Under the pieces are notes generated by a model. That model worked only from the letters and a program-made list of their open reading frames with translations. It did no database searches and was not told the DNA's origin. From Nitrospinaceae bacterium (GTDB lineage Bacteria > Nitrospinota > Nitrospinia > Nitrospinales > VA-1), in contig JBHHVU010000074.1 in the NCBI GenBank assembly GCA_046754465.1, positions 1 through 12,579 on the forward strand: DNA of 12,579 nucleotides, given 5' to 3'. Each line of letters opens with the position of its first letter. The first letter of the stretch is position 1. Shown piece by piece: positions 1-8,592 of the stretch. The position numbers were made by a program, and so were the translations under genes.

Positions 1-2215
1 GTTTTTTCAGCCGGTTCAATTCTTCCTGGGGTTGCACCTTGAGCAGGGAGCGGATGGATGACAGGGTGGCGAATTCTTTTTGCATCCGCTCATAGGCGGC
101 TTTCCCGGTAACCGCTTCGATTCGGCGAACCCCGGAGGCGATGCCGCCTTCATAGGTGATCCTGAACAAACCGATATCCCCCGTGGCGGAAATATGCGTA
201 CCGCCGCAAAGTTCCTTGCTGAACCCGGGAATGGACACCACCCGGACGCGGTCGCCGTATTTTTCACCAAATAAAGCCACCGCTCCCTCCTTGAGAGCCT
301 GGCCGATCTCCATCTCCCGGGTTTCGACCGGAATATTATCCCGGATCTTATCATTGACCAGGCCTTCGATCCGCGATCTTTCCCGGTCGGTCAAGGAGGA
401 AAAATGAGTGTAATCGAAGCGCAGACGGTCCGGAGCCACCAGCGACCCGGCCTGTTTCACGTGATCCCCGAGAACTTCATGCAGGGCGGCATGCAGGAGG
501 TGGGTGGCCGAATGGTTGAGGGCGGTGTCCGACCGTTTTTCCGGGTCGACTTCCAGCTTCAACACATCCGATACCTTCACCTTTCCGCTCACGACTTTCG
601 CCTTGTGGACGATCAGTTCAGCAATCGGTTTGGCCGCGTCCAGTATCTCCAGATGAACATCGCCGTTGTAGGCGATTCCCCGATCCCCGACCTGTCCCCC
701 GGACTCCCCATAAAACGGCGTCCGGTCCAGCAGAAGTTCGACTTCCTCCCCGGCGGACGCTCCCTCGGCGGGGCAATGATCCTTCAAAATCGCCAGGACC
801 CGCCCTTCGCCATGCGTATTTCCGTAGCCCAGGAATATAGTTGGAGGTGATTTCTTGATAAATTCCTTGAAGAACGCCGGCACCTCTTTTTCCCCCGATC
901 CCTTCCACGACGCCATGGCTTTTTCCTTCTGGCTTTGCATGGCTTTGTCGAAACCTGACATATCGAGTTGCATGCCCGCGTCCTTGGCGGTTTCCTGGAC
1001 CAAGTCCACGGGGAACCCATAGGTGTCGTACAATTTAAAAATTTCCTCTCCGGGAATCGTGGTGCGGTGTTCCTTCCTGAGTTGGGAGAGGATGTCTTCC
1101 AGGCGTTGGGTGCCGATATTCAGCGTATTGCTGAAGTTTTCCTCCTCATTGAGAACCACCTTGTGGATGAGGCCGGAATGCACCTCGAGCTCGGGGTAGG
1201 CTTCTTTGTATTGCCGAACCACCTGGCTTGTGATGTGAAAAAAGAAGGGTTTATTTTGCTCCAGCAATTTGCCATGCCGAAGCGCCCGGCGCAGGATTCT
1301 GCGGAGAACGTAGCCCCGCCCTTCATTGGAGGGTAGCACCCCGTCCCCGACAAGGAAAGCCACGGCGCGGGCGTGATCAGAAATCACCCGGATAGATACG
1401 TCGCTTTCCATCCGGTCACCGTATTTCCTGCCGGTGACCCGGCTGACTTCGTCGATCAGTCCCTTCAGCAGGTCACTATGATAATTCGTAAGATGGCCCT
1501 GAACCACCGCCGCCAGCCTTTCCAGTCCCATGCCCGTATCGATGCAGGGGTTGGGCAGGGGTGATAATTTTCCCGAATCGTCCCGGTCGAACTGCATGAA
1601 GACCAGGTTCCAGACCTCGAGATAACGGTCGCAATCGCAGCCGACGGCGCAAGTGGGTTTCCCGCACCCCAGTTCTTCCCCCTGGTCGATATAGATTTCC
1701 GAACAGGGTCCGCAGGGCCCCGTGGGCCCCATGGACCAGAAATTGTCTTTTTCCCCCATCCGGAAGATCCGCTCCCCGGGCAACCCGATATCCTTTTGCC
1801 AGAGACCGAAAGCCTCGTCGTCCTCCTGGAAAACCGAGGCGTACAACCGGTCTTTTGGCAAGCCGGCCACCTGGGTGAGGAAATCCCATCCGTAGCGGAT
1901 AGCTTCTTTTTTGAAATAATCGCCGAAGGAGAAATTGCCGAGCATTTCAAAAAAGGTGTGATGCCTGGCCGTATGCCCAACCACCTCCAGGTCGTTATGT
2001 TTTCCCCCGGCGCGGACACATTTCTGCACCGAAACGGCCCGGCGGTAATCCCTTACCTCCTCCCCCAGAAACACCTTTTTGAAGGGCACCATCCCGGCGT
2101 TGGTGAACAGAAGGGTGGGATCGTTCTGGGGCACCAGGGAACCGCTCGGCACCGCCGTATGGCCCCGGTCTTCAAAATATTTCAAAAACTGTTTTCGGAG
2201 TTCGTTTCCCGTCAT
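1..2215 (-). CDS. alaS: Alanine--tRNA ligase (3' end runs off the left edge of the window)
   Basis: Manual translation from ATG 2215: MTGNELRKQFLKYFEDRGHTAVPSGSLVPQNDPTLLFTNAGMVPFK...QKCVRAGGKHNDLEVVGHTARHHTFFEMLGNFSFGDYFKKEAI. Editing-domain motifs NHSATHLLHAAL...GDHVKQAGSLV (~510-440) and SKELCGGTH (~220-195) are present, and the frame still reads at the edge (...KVQPQEELNRLKK). GGGGA SD-like sequence at 2227-2223. Not in the ORF track because there is no stop codon in the window. Confidence 0.98.
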   Translation of the reverse strand, partial: MTGNELRKQFLKYFEDRGHTAVPSGSLVPQNDPTLLFTNAGMVPFKKVFLGEEVRDYRRAVSVQKCVRAGGKHNDLEVVGHTARHHTFFEMLGNFSFGDYFKKEAIRYGWDFLTQVAGLPKDRLYASVFQEDDEAFGLWQKDIGLPGERIFRMGEKDNFWSMGPTGPCGPCSEIYIDQGEELGCGKPTCAVGCDCDRYLEVWNLVFMQFDRDDSGKLSPLPNPCIDTGMGLERLAAVVQGHLTNYHSDLLKGLIDEVSRVTGRKYGDRMESDVSIRVISDHARAVAFLVGDGVLPSNEGRGYVLRRILRRALRHGKLLEQNKPFFFHITSQVVRQYKEAYPELEVHSGLIHKVVLNEEENFSNTLNIGTQRLEDILSQLRKEHRTTIPGEEIFKLYDTYGFPVDLVQETAKDAGMQLDMSGFDKAMQSQKEKAMASWKGSGEKEVPAFFKEFIKKSPPTIFLGYGNTHGEGRVLAILKDHCPAEGASAGEEVELLLDRTPFYGESGGQVGDRGIAYNGDVHLEILDAAKPIAELIVHKAKVVSGKVKVSDVLKLEVDPEKRSDTALNHSATHLLHAALHEVLGDHVKQAGSLVAPDRLRFDYTHFSSLTDRERSRIEGLVNDKIRDNIPVETREMEIGQALKEGAVALFGEKYGDRVRVVSIPGFSKELCGGTHISATGDIGLFRITYEGGIASGVRRIEAVTGKAAYERMQKEFATLSSIRSLLKVQPQEELNRLKK

Positions 2216-2230
2216 CAAAAAATCCCCAAT

Positions 2231-2287
2231 AAAAACCGCAACGGCTCAGGGCCTCCCCGGCCGCCGGGAACCCAAATCCTGTCGCGG
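2231..2287 (-). terminator. Long imperfect stem-loop followed by U5 between kdsD and alaS (terminator/attenuator candidate)
   Basis: Minus strand CCGCGAC(2287-2281) pairs with GTTGCGG(2242-2236). Inner stems are GGGTT/GGCCC and CCCGG/CCGGG. TTTTT (2235-2231) follows directly. Several pairs work only as G-U wobbles on the minus strand. Confidence 0.5.
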
Positions 2288-2318
2288 ATATTTTTGAAAA
2301 GGCGTGGCGGCGGGGGCG

Positions 2319-3326
2319 TTACACGATGCCCGCTTTCAGAATATCGTGTAAATGGATGATCCCCTCGATTTTCTCTTCATCTTCCGTCACGGCGAGGGAG
2401 GTGATGGAATATTCCTCCATCACCTGGACCGCTTTCGCGGCCAGTTGGTCTTGTTTTATCGTTTTCGGATGCGTTCCCATTAAATCGGAGGCGATGGTGG
2501 CCGAAATGTCCTGTTTTTTTTCAATGAGGCGTCTCAGGTCGCCATCGGTGATAATTCCCTTCAAACGACCCTGGGAGTCGGCTACCAGGGTAGTGCCGAG
2601 ACGTTTCTGGCTCATCTCCTTGATCACATCAAAGATATTCGCCTCTTCCGAAACCATGGGGAGATCCTTGCCGGAGTGCATCAGATCCTGGACCGTCATC
2701 AGGAGTTTTCGTCCCAGTATTCCTCCAGGGTGGTTCATGGCGAAATCCTCCTCCCGGAATCCCCTGAGGTCCAGCAGCGCCATGGCGAGGGCATCTCCCA
2801 TGGCCAGGGCCGCCGTGGTGCTGGCGGTGGGGACCAGTCCCCGCGAACAGGCCTCCTCCTTGACGCTGACGTTCAGAAAATGGTCGCACCGCTTGGCCAG
2901 GGTGGAATCTGGTTTGCCGCACATGGCGATCAGGGTGCATTTGCGGCGGTTGAAGATCGGCAGGAGGCGGAGAATCTCCTCGGTCTCACCGCTGTTGGAT
3001 ATGACGAGAACGACGTCGCCCCGGGCGAGGATGCCGACATCCCCGTGGCTGGCTTCCGCCGCGTGCAGAAAAAGGGCCGGGAGACCGATGCTGGAAAAGG
3101 TGGCCGCGATTTTATTGCCGATCAGGCCCGATTTTCCCATCCCCGTCACCACCACATGTCCCGGACACCGGTCCAGCCGATGCACCACCTGGACGAACGT
3201 TTCGTCGATCCGGTCCATGAGGCCGGCCACCGATTCGCTTTCTATCTGGAGCACCCGTTGGGCTCTTTCCCTGAGCGACCGATTTTTTTCAATTTCCGTT
3301 TCGGGAGAGGACTTTAAAACGCGCAT
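2319..3326 (-). CDS. kdsD: Arabinose 5-phosphate isomerase, KpsF/GutQ family (SIS domain + CBS pair)
   Basis: Motifs VVTGMGKSGLIGNKIAATFSS, EASHGDVG, SNSGETEE, PTASTTAALAMGDALA and NHPGGILG. C-terminal CBS pair with GIITDGDLRR and GIIHLHDIL. Confidence 0.95.
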   Translation of the reverse strand: MRVLKSSPETEIEKNRSLRERAQRVLQIESESVAGLMDRIDETFVQVVHRLDRCPGHVVVTGMGKSGLIGNKIAATFSSIGLPALFLHAAEASHGDVGILARGDVVLVISNSGETEEILRLLPIFNRRKCTLIAMCGKPDSTLAKRCDHFLNVSVKEEACSRGLVPTASTTAALAMGDALAMALLDLRGFREEDFAMNHPGGILGRKLLMTVQDLMHSGKDLPMVSEEANIFDVIKEMSQKRLGTTLVADSQGRLKGIITDGDLRRLIEKKQDISATIASDLMGTHPKTIKQDQLAAKAVQVMEEYSITSLAVTEDEEKIEGIIHLHDILKAGIV

Positions 3327-3388
3327 ATGGAATTCGGTTCCTTTTTAAACCTTTAATTACAATAGGTTTCGTTATTTTCGCTGGGGTT

Positions 3389-3417
3389 ATAATAGCATAA
3401 TTCGTTGGACTCAGCAA
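3389..3417 (-). promoter_or_regulatory. Sigma70-type promoter for kdsD(-alaS)
   Basis: Minus strand TTGCTG (3417-3412), 17-nt spacer, TATTAT (3394-3389), with an extended -10 TG (TGcTATTAT). Confidence 0.6.
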
Positions 3418-3434
3418 TTGGGCGACTCTATAAT
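3406..3434 (+). promoter_or_regulatory. Sigma70-type promoter for polA
   Basis: TGGACT (3406-3411), 17-nt spacer, perfect TATAAT (3429-3434). A second TATAAT lies at 3388-3393. Confidence 0.6.
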
Positions 3435-3495
3435 GAATCCTTCCGGGGAAACCGGTTTTCCCCTCTCTCCATGGCGCCTTTTTCCTGAATCTTTT

Positions 3496-6168
3496 ATGAG
3501 CGAACGAGAAACCCTTTACCTTATCGACGGGTCCTCTTATATTTTCCGGGCGTTTTACGGGATCCGGCAAAATCTTTCCACGTCAAAAGGACTTCCCACC
3601 AACGCCTTGTTCGGGTTCGTCAACATGTTGCAGAAAGTGGTTCGGGAGGAGCGCCCGGATTATCTGGCGGTGACTTTCGACAGTAAGGAAAAAACCTTCC
3701 GCCACGAATTATACCCCAAGTATAAGGCCAACCGGGAGGTGCCGCCAGAGGATTTGCAGGCGCAGTTTCCCTGGTTCGAGCCCCTGGTCGAGGCCTTCAA
3801 TATCCGCGGCATCCGGGTTCCGGGTGTGGAGGCGGATGATATTATCGGCACCCTGGCCAAACAGGGGGAAAAGATGGGCCTGAACGTCGTCATCGTCAGC
3901 GGCGACAAGGATATGATGCAGTTGATCGGGCCCAAGGTCCATATGCTGGACACGATGAAGGAAAAACAATTCGGGGAAAAGGAGGTGGTGGAAAAATTCG
4001 GCGTCGGACCCGATAAGGTCATCGAGGTGCTGGGTTTGATGGGGGATGCCAGCGACAACATTCCCGGGGTCAAGGGGGTCGGTCCCAAGACCGCCACCGA
4101 TCTGATCCAGAAATTCGGTTCGATCGAGGAACTTTACCGGCACCTGGACGCGATCGATAAAAAAAAGTTGAGGGAAAAACTGGAAGCCGACAGGGATAAC
4201 GCGTTTTTGAGCCGCAAACTGGCGGCCATCGACACTGGCCTCGACCTCGATTGCCCCGTCTCCGGCCTCAAAATCCGGGAAGCCGATACCGCCGCGTTGA
4301 AGAAACTGTTTTCGGAACTGGAATTCGACTCCCTGCTTCCCACAGTCGAGAAAGCCCCACAACGCGCCAACGCGGCCTATGAAACCATCCTGACCGAAAA
4401 AGCGTTCGAGCGGCTCCTCCAGGCCTTGAAGAAGGCAGGAGAGTTCGCCCTGGACCTGGAAACCACCAGCCTGCACCCGGTCCGGGCGGAAGCGGTGGGG
4501 ATCTCCTTCTCCCATAAAGACCACGAAGCCTGCTACATTCCCATGGCCCACCGCTACGAGGGAGCCCCTCAACAACTGGATAAAGGATGGGTGTTCCAAG
4601 AACTGAAGCCCCTCCTGCAGGATTCCGGGATCCGAAAAATCGGTCACAATATCAAGTACGACCTGATCGTTTTACACAACGAGGGCGTGAATTTGAAAGG
4701 GATATCCTTCGATACCATTCTCGCTTCCTACGTTCTCGATCCCTCCCGGCGCAGCCACAGCCTGGACGATCTGGCGCGGGAGTATCTGAATCACAGGACG
4801 ATCACCTATAAAGAGGTGACCGGCACCGGGGCCAAACAGATCGGATTCGAAAAGGTGGAAATCGAAAAAGCCACCCAGTACGCGGCGGAGGATTCGGACG
4901 TGACCTGGCGCCTGGCGGGCAGGCTCAAACCCCTCGTCAAAGGCAATACGCTGCGACTGCTCAACGAGATCGAACTTCCCCTCTTGGAGGTCCTGGCTGA
5001 GATGGAGATGAACGGCGTGTTTCTGGATCGAAAACACCTCGACCATTTGTCCGGAAAAATGGAAAAGGAATTGAAGCGATATGAGGATGAGATTTACGTC
5101 CTGGCCGGGGAATCTTTCAACATCAATTCCCCCAAACAACTTTCCGTGATTTTGTTTGAAAAGCTGAAGTTGCCAGTGATCAAAAAAACCAAGACCGGGT
5201 TTTCCACCGATGTCTCGGTGCTTGAGGAACTGTCCGTCCAGCATGAACTTCCAGACAAGATTCTCGCCTACCGGCAACTGGGCAAACTGAAATCGACTTA
5301 CGTGGACGCCCTTCCCCAGGAAATCCATGAAAAAACTGGCCGCGTTCACACCTCGTTCAACCAGACCGTCGCGGCCACGGGCCGGCTCAGCAGCAGCGAC
5401 CCCAATCTGCAGAACATTCCCATCCGGTCGGAAATGGGAAAAGAGATTCGCAAGGCCTTTATTGCCGAAAAGGATGGGAAACTGCTTTCAGCCGACTATT
5501 CGCAGGTGGAGCTTCGCATTCTCGCCCACCTTTCCGGGGACGAGGCATTGATCCGTGCCTTCCTGAAGGGGGAGGACATTCACACCCGCACCGCCGCCGA
5601 AATTTTCGGTCTGGCACTCAACCGGGTCGATGAACAGTCGCGCCGCATGGCCAAGGCGGTCAATTTCGGAATCGTGTACGGATTGAGCGCTTTCGGATTG
5701 TCACGGCAGTTAAAAATTCCCCCCGGCGAGGCCAAGGCGTTCATCGATCGATATTTCGGATTGTATCACCGGGTCAAAACCTTCATCGAGGAAACCATCG
5801 CCCAGGCCCGGAAACTCGGCTACACCGCCACGCTCATGAACCGCCGGCGTTACCTCCCCGATTTGAACAGCAAGAACCGCCAGGTCCGCGAAGCGGCCGA
5901 ACGCATGGCCGTCAACTCGTCCATCCAGGGAAGCGCGGCGGACCTGATCAAGGTGGCCATGATCAACCTGTCCCGCCAGCTCAGGGAAAACAGGCTGAAG
6001 TCCAAAATGATTCTTCAGGTTCACGACGAACTGGTTTTTGAATGCCCTCCAGGAGAAAAAAAAGAAATGTTCGCTCTCGTTAAAAAAGAGATGGAGGGGG
6101 TCTATAAATTTACCGTGCCGCTGGTGGTTGACATCGGGTGGGGCGATAACTGGACGGAGGCGCATTGA
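3496..6168 (+). CDS. polA: DNA polymerase I
   Basis: 5'-3' exonuclease start LYLIDGSSYIFRAFY, plus EADDIIGTL and GDASDNIPGV. 3'-5' exonuclease motifs DLETTS, GHNIKYD and YAAEDSD. Polymerase motifs TGRLSSSDPNLQNIP, DYSQVELR, KAVNFGIVYG and QVHDELVFE. Start placed at ATG 3496 (MSERETLYLIDG) because the conserved N-terminus begins there and the track's TTG 3418 lies inside the promoter. Confidence 0.99.
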   Translation: MSERETLYLIDGSSYIFRAFYGIRQNLSTSKGLPTNALFGFVNMLQKVVREERPDYLAVTFDSKEKTFRHELYPKYKANREVPPEDLQAQFPWFEPLVEAFNIRGIRVPGVEADDIIGTLAKQGEKMGLNVVIVSGDKDMMQLIGPKVHMLDTMKEKQFGEKEVVEKFGVGPDKVIEVLGLMGDASDNIPGVKGVGPKTATDLIQKFGSIEELYRHLDAIDKKKLREKLEADRDNAFLSRKLAAIDTGLDLDCPVSGLKIREADTAALKKLFSELEFDSLLPTVEKAPQRANAAYETILTEKAFERLLQALKKAGEFALDLETTSLHPVRAEAVGISFSHKDHEACYIPMAHRYEGAPQQLDKGWVFQELKPLLQDSGIRKIGHNIKYDLIVLHNEGVNLKGISFDTILASYVLDPSRRSHSLDDLAREYLNHRTITYKEVTGTGAKQIGFEKVEIEKATQYAAEDSDVTWRLAGRLKPLVKGNTLRLLNEIELPLLEVLAEMEMNGVFLDRKHLDHLSGKMEKELKRYEDEIYVLAGESFNINSPKQLSVILFEKLKLPVIKKTKTGFSTDVSVLEELSVQHELPDKILAYRQLGKLKSTYVDALPQEIHEKTGRVHTSFNQTVAATGRLSSSDPNLQNIPIRSEMGKEIRKAFIAEKDGKLLSADYSQVELRILAHLSGDEALIRAFLKGEDIHTRTAAEIFGLALNRVDEQSRRMAKAVNFGIVYGLSAFGLSRQLKIPPGEAKAFIDRYFGLYHRVKTFIEETIAQARKLGYTATLMNRRRYLPDLNSKNRQVREAAERMAVNSSIQGSAADLIKVAMINLSRQLRENRLKSKMILQVHDELVFECPPGEKKEMFALVKKEMEGVYKFTVPLVVDIGWGDNWTEAH

Positions 6169-6212
6169 CGGCGTTTCCGAACCTGGACTGGGACATGACG
6201 ATTGAACCCGCC

Positions 6213-7067
6213 ATGAAAAAATTCCTTTTGATAACGGTGTTGATCGTGTCCCTGGCCTCCCCCGCGGCGGCCCAGGTGCGGATGGAAATCTTTTCCCTCA
6301 AACACCGGAGCGTCACGGAGATGATACCCGTCATCCGGCCTCTCCTGGGTGAAGAGGGCCGGGTCACTGGAATGCGGAACCAACTTGTGGTTCGCGCCAC
6401 GCCGGAAAACCTGGCCGCCGTCCGCAAGCTCCTGGAAAAACTGGACACCGCCCTGATGAACCTCAAGATCACCGTCAAACAGAACCTGGGACACAGTCTG
6501 CGGAGCCGGGAATCGGAAATCGAGGCCGCGGCCCGGGTGTCCCCCGGCATTGGGATGGGCGTCGCTCCGGAAAGGCCGGGTTCAGGCGGACTTACCGTTT
6601 CCGGGGATCGCCCCGGCGTGCAAGCGCGGGGAAGGATGGTTGAGAAAGGTTCGGCCGAGGATGAAATACACACCCAGCAGGTCATCACCCTGGAAGGCCG
6701 GCCGGCGGTGATTTACTTCACCCGCTCCATCCCCTTTACCAAAACGGAATCGGTGGACTTCGGCGACAAATCGCTTCTCAGGCAATCGGTGGAATATCGG
6801 AAAATGACCACCGGATTGTCCATTCTTCCTCGACTTCAGGGAAATCAGGTGGTCCTTGAGGTTTCGCCGGTCGCGGCCCGCGCCGGCCGGGAAGGATTGG
6901 AAACCCAAGGTGTTGAAACCACGGTGACCGGGCGGCTCGGGGAATGGATTGAACTGGGAGGAATGTCCCTGAACTCTGGCGCCGTGGACACGGGAATCGC
7001 GGCCGGGTCCCGGTTCGAGGAAAGCGAAAACCACCGGATTTTTTTGAAGGTGGAAAAACAGCCTTGA
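6213..7067 (+). CDS. Exported protein with a NolW-like/Secretin_N domain and a shortened secretin-like C-terminal region
   Basis: Signal peptide MKKFLLITVLIVSLASPAAA-Q. Secretin N-domain pattern IFSLKHRSVTEMIPVIRPLL...NQLVVRATPENLAAVRKLLEKLD. Secretin-like segments VITLEGRPAVI, TGLSILPRL and VETTVTGRLGEWIELGG. ATG 6213 is preferred to TTG 6165 because it places the signal peptide at the N-terminus. Confidence 0.8.
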   Translation: MKKFLLITVLIVSLASPAAAQVRMEIFSLKHRSVTEMIPVIRPLLGEEGRVTGMRNQLVVRATPENLAAVRKLLEKLDTALMNLKITVKQNLGHSLRSRESEIEAAARVSPGIGMGVAPERPGSGGLTVSGDRPGVQARGRMVEKGSAEDEIHTQQVITLEGRPAVIYFTRSIPFTKTESVDFGDKSLLRQSVEYRKMTTGLSILPRLQGNQVVLEVSPVAARAGREGLETQGVETTVTGRLGEWIELGGMSLNSGAVDTGIAAGSRFEESENHRIFLKVEKQP

Positions 7068-7089
7068 GAGACGGGGGGAAGGTTCGGCC

Positions 7090-7665
7090 TCAGGGTTTCA
7101 AACCGAGGTGTTTTTCCACCACGCGAATCAGTTCCCCGCAAAGGGCCGTACAACGGTTAACAGCCTCCGTTTTGATCCCTAGAGCCCCGGCGGAATCGAT
7201 GTCGAAATAGGGACCCAGGCGGTTTCCCTCCCGGTCCCTGATATCCCCCGCGGCCAGTTGCCCGTGAAATTTCCGGATCCGCGGACCGTGGCCACTTGCC
7301 CCGTTTCTGTTCAGTATCCCCCGGTTACGGTCGAAACGGTACCGAATTCGGTACAGGTGGGTCAATTCTTCCCAGCCGTACCATTGATTCCGCCGGTCGA
7401 ATTTGTAGTGCCAGAAATCGATCGCCCGGACAAAAGGCCTGGGGGTGAAACGTGGCATCCGTGCCGGGAATTTTCGGGGAGCCGGCAGCGGGTAAAATTT
7501 ATTCATCTCCCGCTCCAGAAAACTCTGACAAACGATCAGGCCCAGCCCGTTGTATATCGAATCGATCTCCTCGCCCAACGGGCCGCCGAACCGGTGAGCC
7601 CGTGTAATGGACTCACGGACGCTTTGCAGGATGTCGTGAAATATCACCTCGTGATGTTCGCTCAT
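7090..7665 (-). CDS. Hypothetical protein (possible degenerate HEPN-like fold)
   Basis: 191-aa ORF filling the gap and converging on the secretin-like gene with a 22-nt spacer. ATG is preceded by AGGA/GGA, and there is a dedicated extended -10 upstream. Function inferred only weakly. Confidence 0.8.
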   Translation of the reverse strand: MSEHHEVIFHDILQSVRESITRAHRFGGPLGEEIDSIYNGLGLIVCQSFLEREMNKFYPLPAPRKFPARMPRFTPRPFVRAIDFWHYKFDRRNQWYGWEELTHLYRIRYRFDRNRGILNRNGASGHGPRIRKFHGQLAAGDIRDREGNRLGPYFDIDSAGALGIKTEAVNRCTALCGELIRVVEKHLGLKP

Positions 7666-7779
7666 AGATTCCGTCCTGTCAGGGGCCGGTTTTCGGCCGG
7701 GTTATTTTGGGATCTGGGATGAGATCCTTTTCCTTCCGCTCCCCTGGAGGGGAACAACCGGTCAATAAAATCAGCGGGG

Positions 7780-7788
7780 ATTATAGCA
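7780..7788 (-). promoter_or_regulatory. Extended -10 promoter for the 7665 gene
   Basis: Minus strand TGCTATAAT, a perfect TGnTATAAT, immediately downstream of the VanZ-family stop codon. Confidence 0.6.
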
Positions 7789-7803
7789 GATATTTTTATG
7801 GGT

Positions 7804-8460
7804 TTAAGGGGTCACGGTGGGAATAAAAAACAGCAAAAGCAACAGCACCCCCCAGGCCGTGCGGCGCATCTTCCGGACATTCCCAGGGGAAACGGGGATT
7901 TCCACAAAGGGGGAAGGCAAAACCTTGGCCAGGAGGATCATCGCCAGCCCGGCGCTGGCACCGTTCATGAAAATGTCAGGAAGGTCGCCTACCCTGCCCG
8001 GCAGATAATACTGAACCCATTCATCGATGATCCCCACCCCAAAAGTGATCAACCATGCCGCGGGATAAACCGTCCGGTCTGGAAATACCCCGCGCAGCGG
8101 AAGGTAGATCAACCAACCCAGGATACCGTATTCCAGCAGGTGGATCTGTTCGGCGGGAAATCGCCGGGTCGCCAGCAAAATCGCCGAAGCCAGGAGGACC
8201 GAGGCCAGCCAGAGAAAATGGCCGAATCCACCCTGCCCATCCCGGACCGTGAGATAACAAACCAGCCCCACCCCAGGCAAGGTGAGAGATATTTTAATCC
8301 AAAAGGTCAAAAGGGAGGGGTCATACCTGGACAGAAAAAAGCCCCACCATTCGGGAACGATCGATAGAGTGGAAAAAATGACAAGGATAAAAAGCAAGGC
8401 TGGAATACCCACCAACCACGGTGGGGGAGCGGTATTTCCCGAATCAAGGTACTTCCCCAA
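7804..8460 (-). CDS. VanZ-family integral membrane protein
   Basis: VanZ signature EQIHLLEYGILGWL...GIIDEWVQYYLPGRVGDLPDIFMNGASA and several hydrophobic helices. AGGAG SD 7 nt before the TTG start. Confidence 0.88.
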   Translation of the reverse strand: MGKYLDSGNTAPPPWLVGIPALLFILVIFSTLSIVPEWWGFFLSRYDPSLLTFWIKISLTLPGVGLVCYLTVRDGQGGFGHFLWLASVLLASAILLATRRFPAEQIHLLEYGILGWLIYLPLRGVFPDRTVYPAAWLITFGVGIIDEWVQYYLPGRVGDLPDIFMNGASAGLAMILLAKVLPSPFVEIPVSPGNVRKMRRTAWGVLLLLLFFIPTVTP

Positions 8461-8592
8461 GGGGTGCTCCTGCTGCTACAAGGAAATCAATCGATGAACC
8501 TTCAAAATCCGCCAAGATTCCGCGAAAAGAATCGCCATGCCCAAAAAGGACGCCCCGAGGGCGGGCTGAGGAAAGGGCTTCTTTTAAGCGGA

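Noticed and set aside
16..2359. Many 60-190 aa ORFs on both strands in the track
   Set aside because: All overlap the continuous alaS frame, which the track missed; none has a recognisable motif. They are shadow ORFs.
2326..3348. 340-aa + strand ORF antisense to kdsD
   Set aside because: Antisense mirror of a well-conserved gene in GC-rich DNA, with Ser/Arg-rich non-protein-like composition.
3496..6168. Possible unusual or inactivated domains, or an intein, in PolA
   Set aside because: All exonuclease and polymerase motifs are intact and the length (890 aa) is ordinary.
3660..7153. Antisense ORFs of 78-312 aa within polA and the secretin-like gene
   Set aside because: Typical stop-poor reverse frames of GC-biased genes, with no SD or domain evidence.
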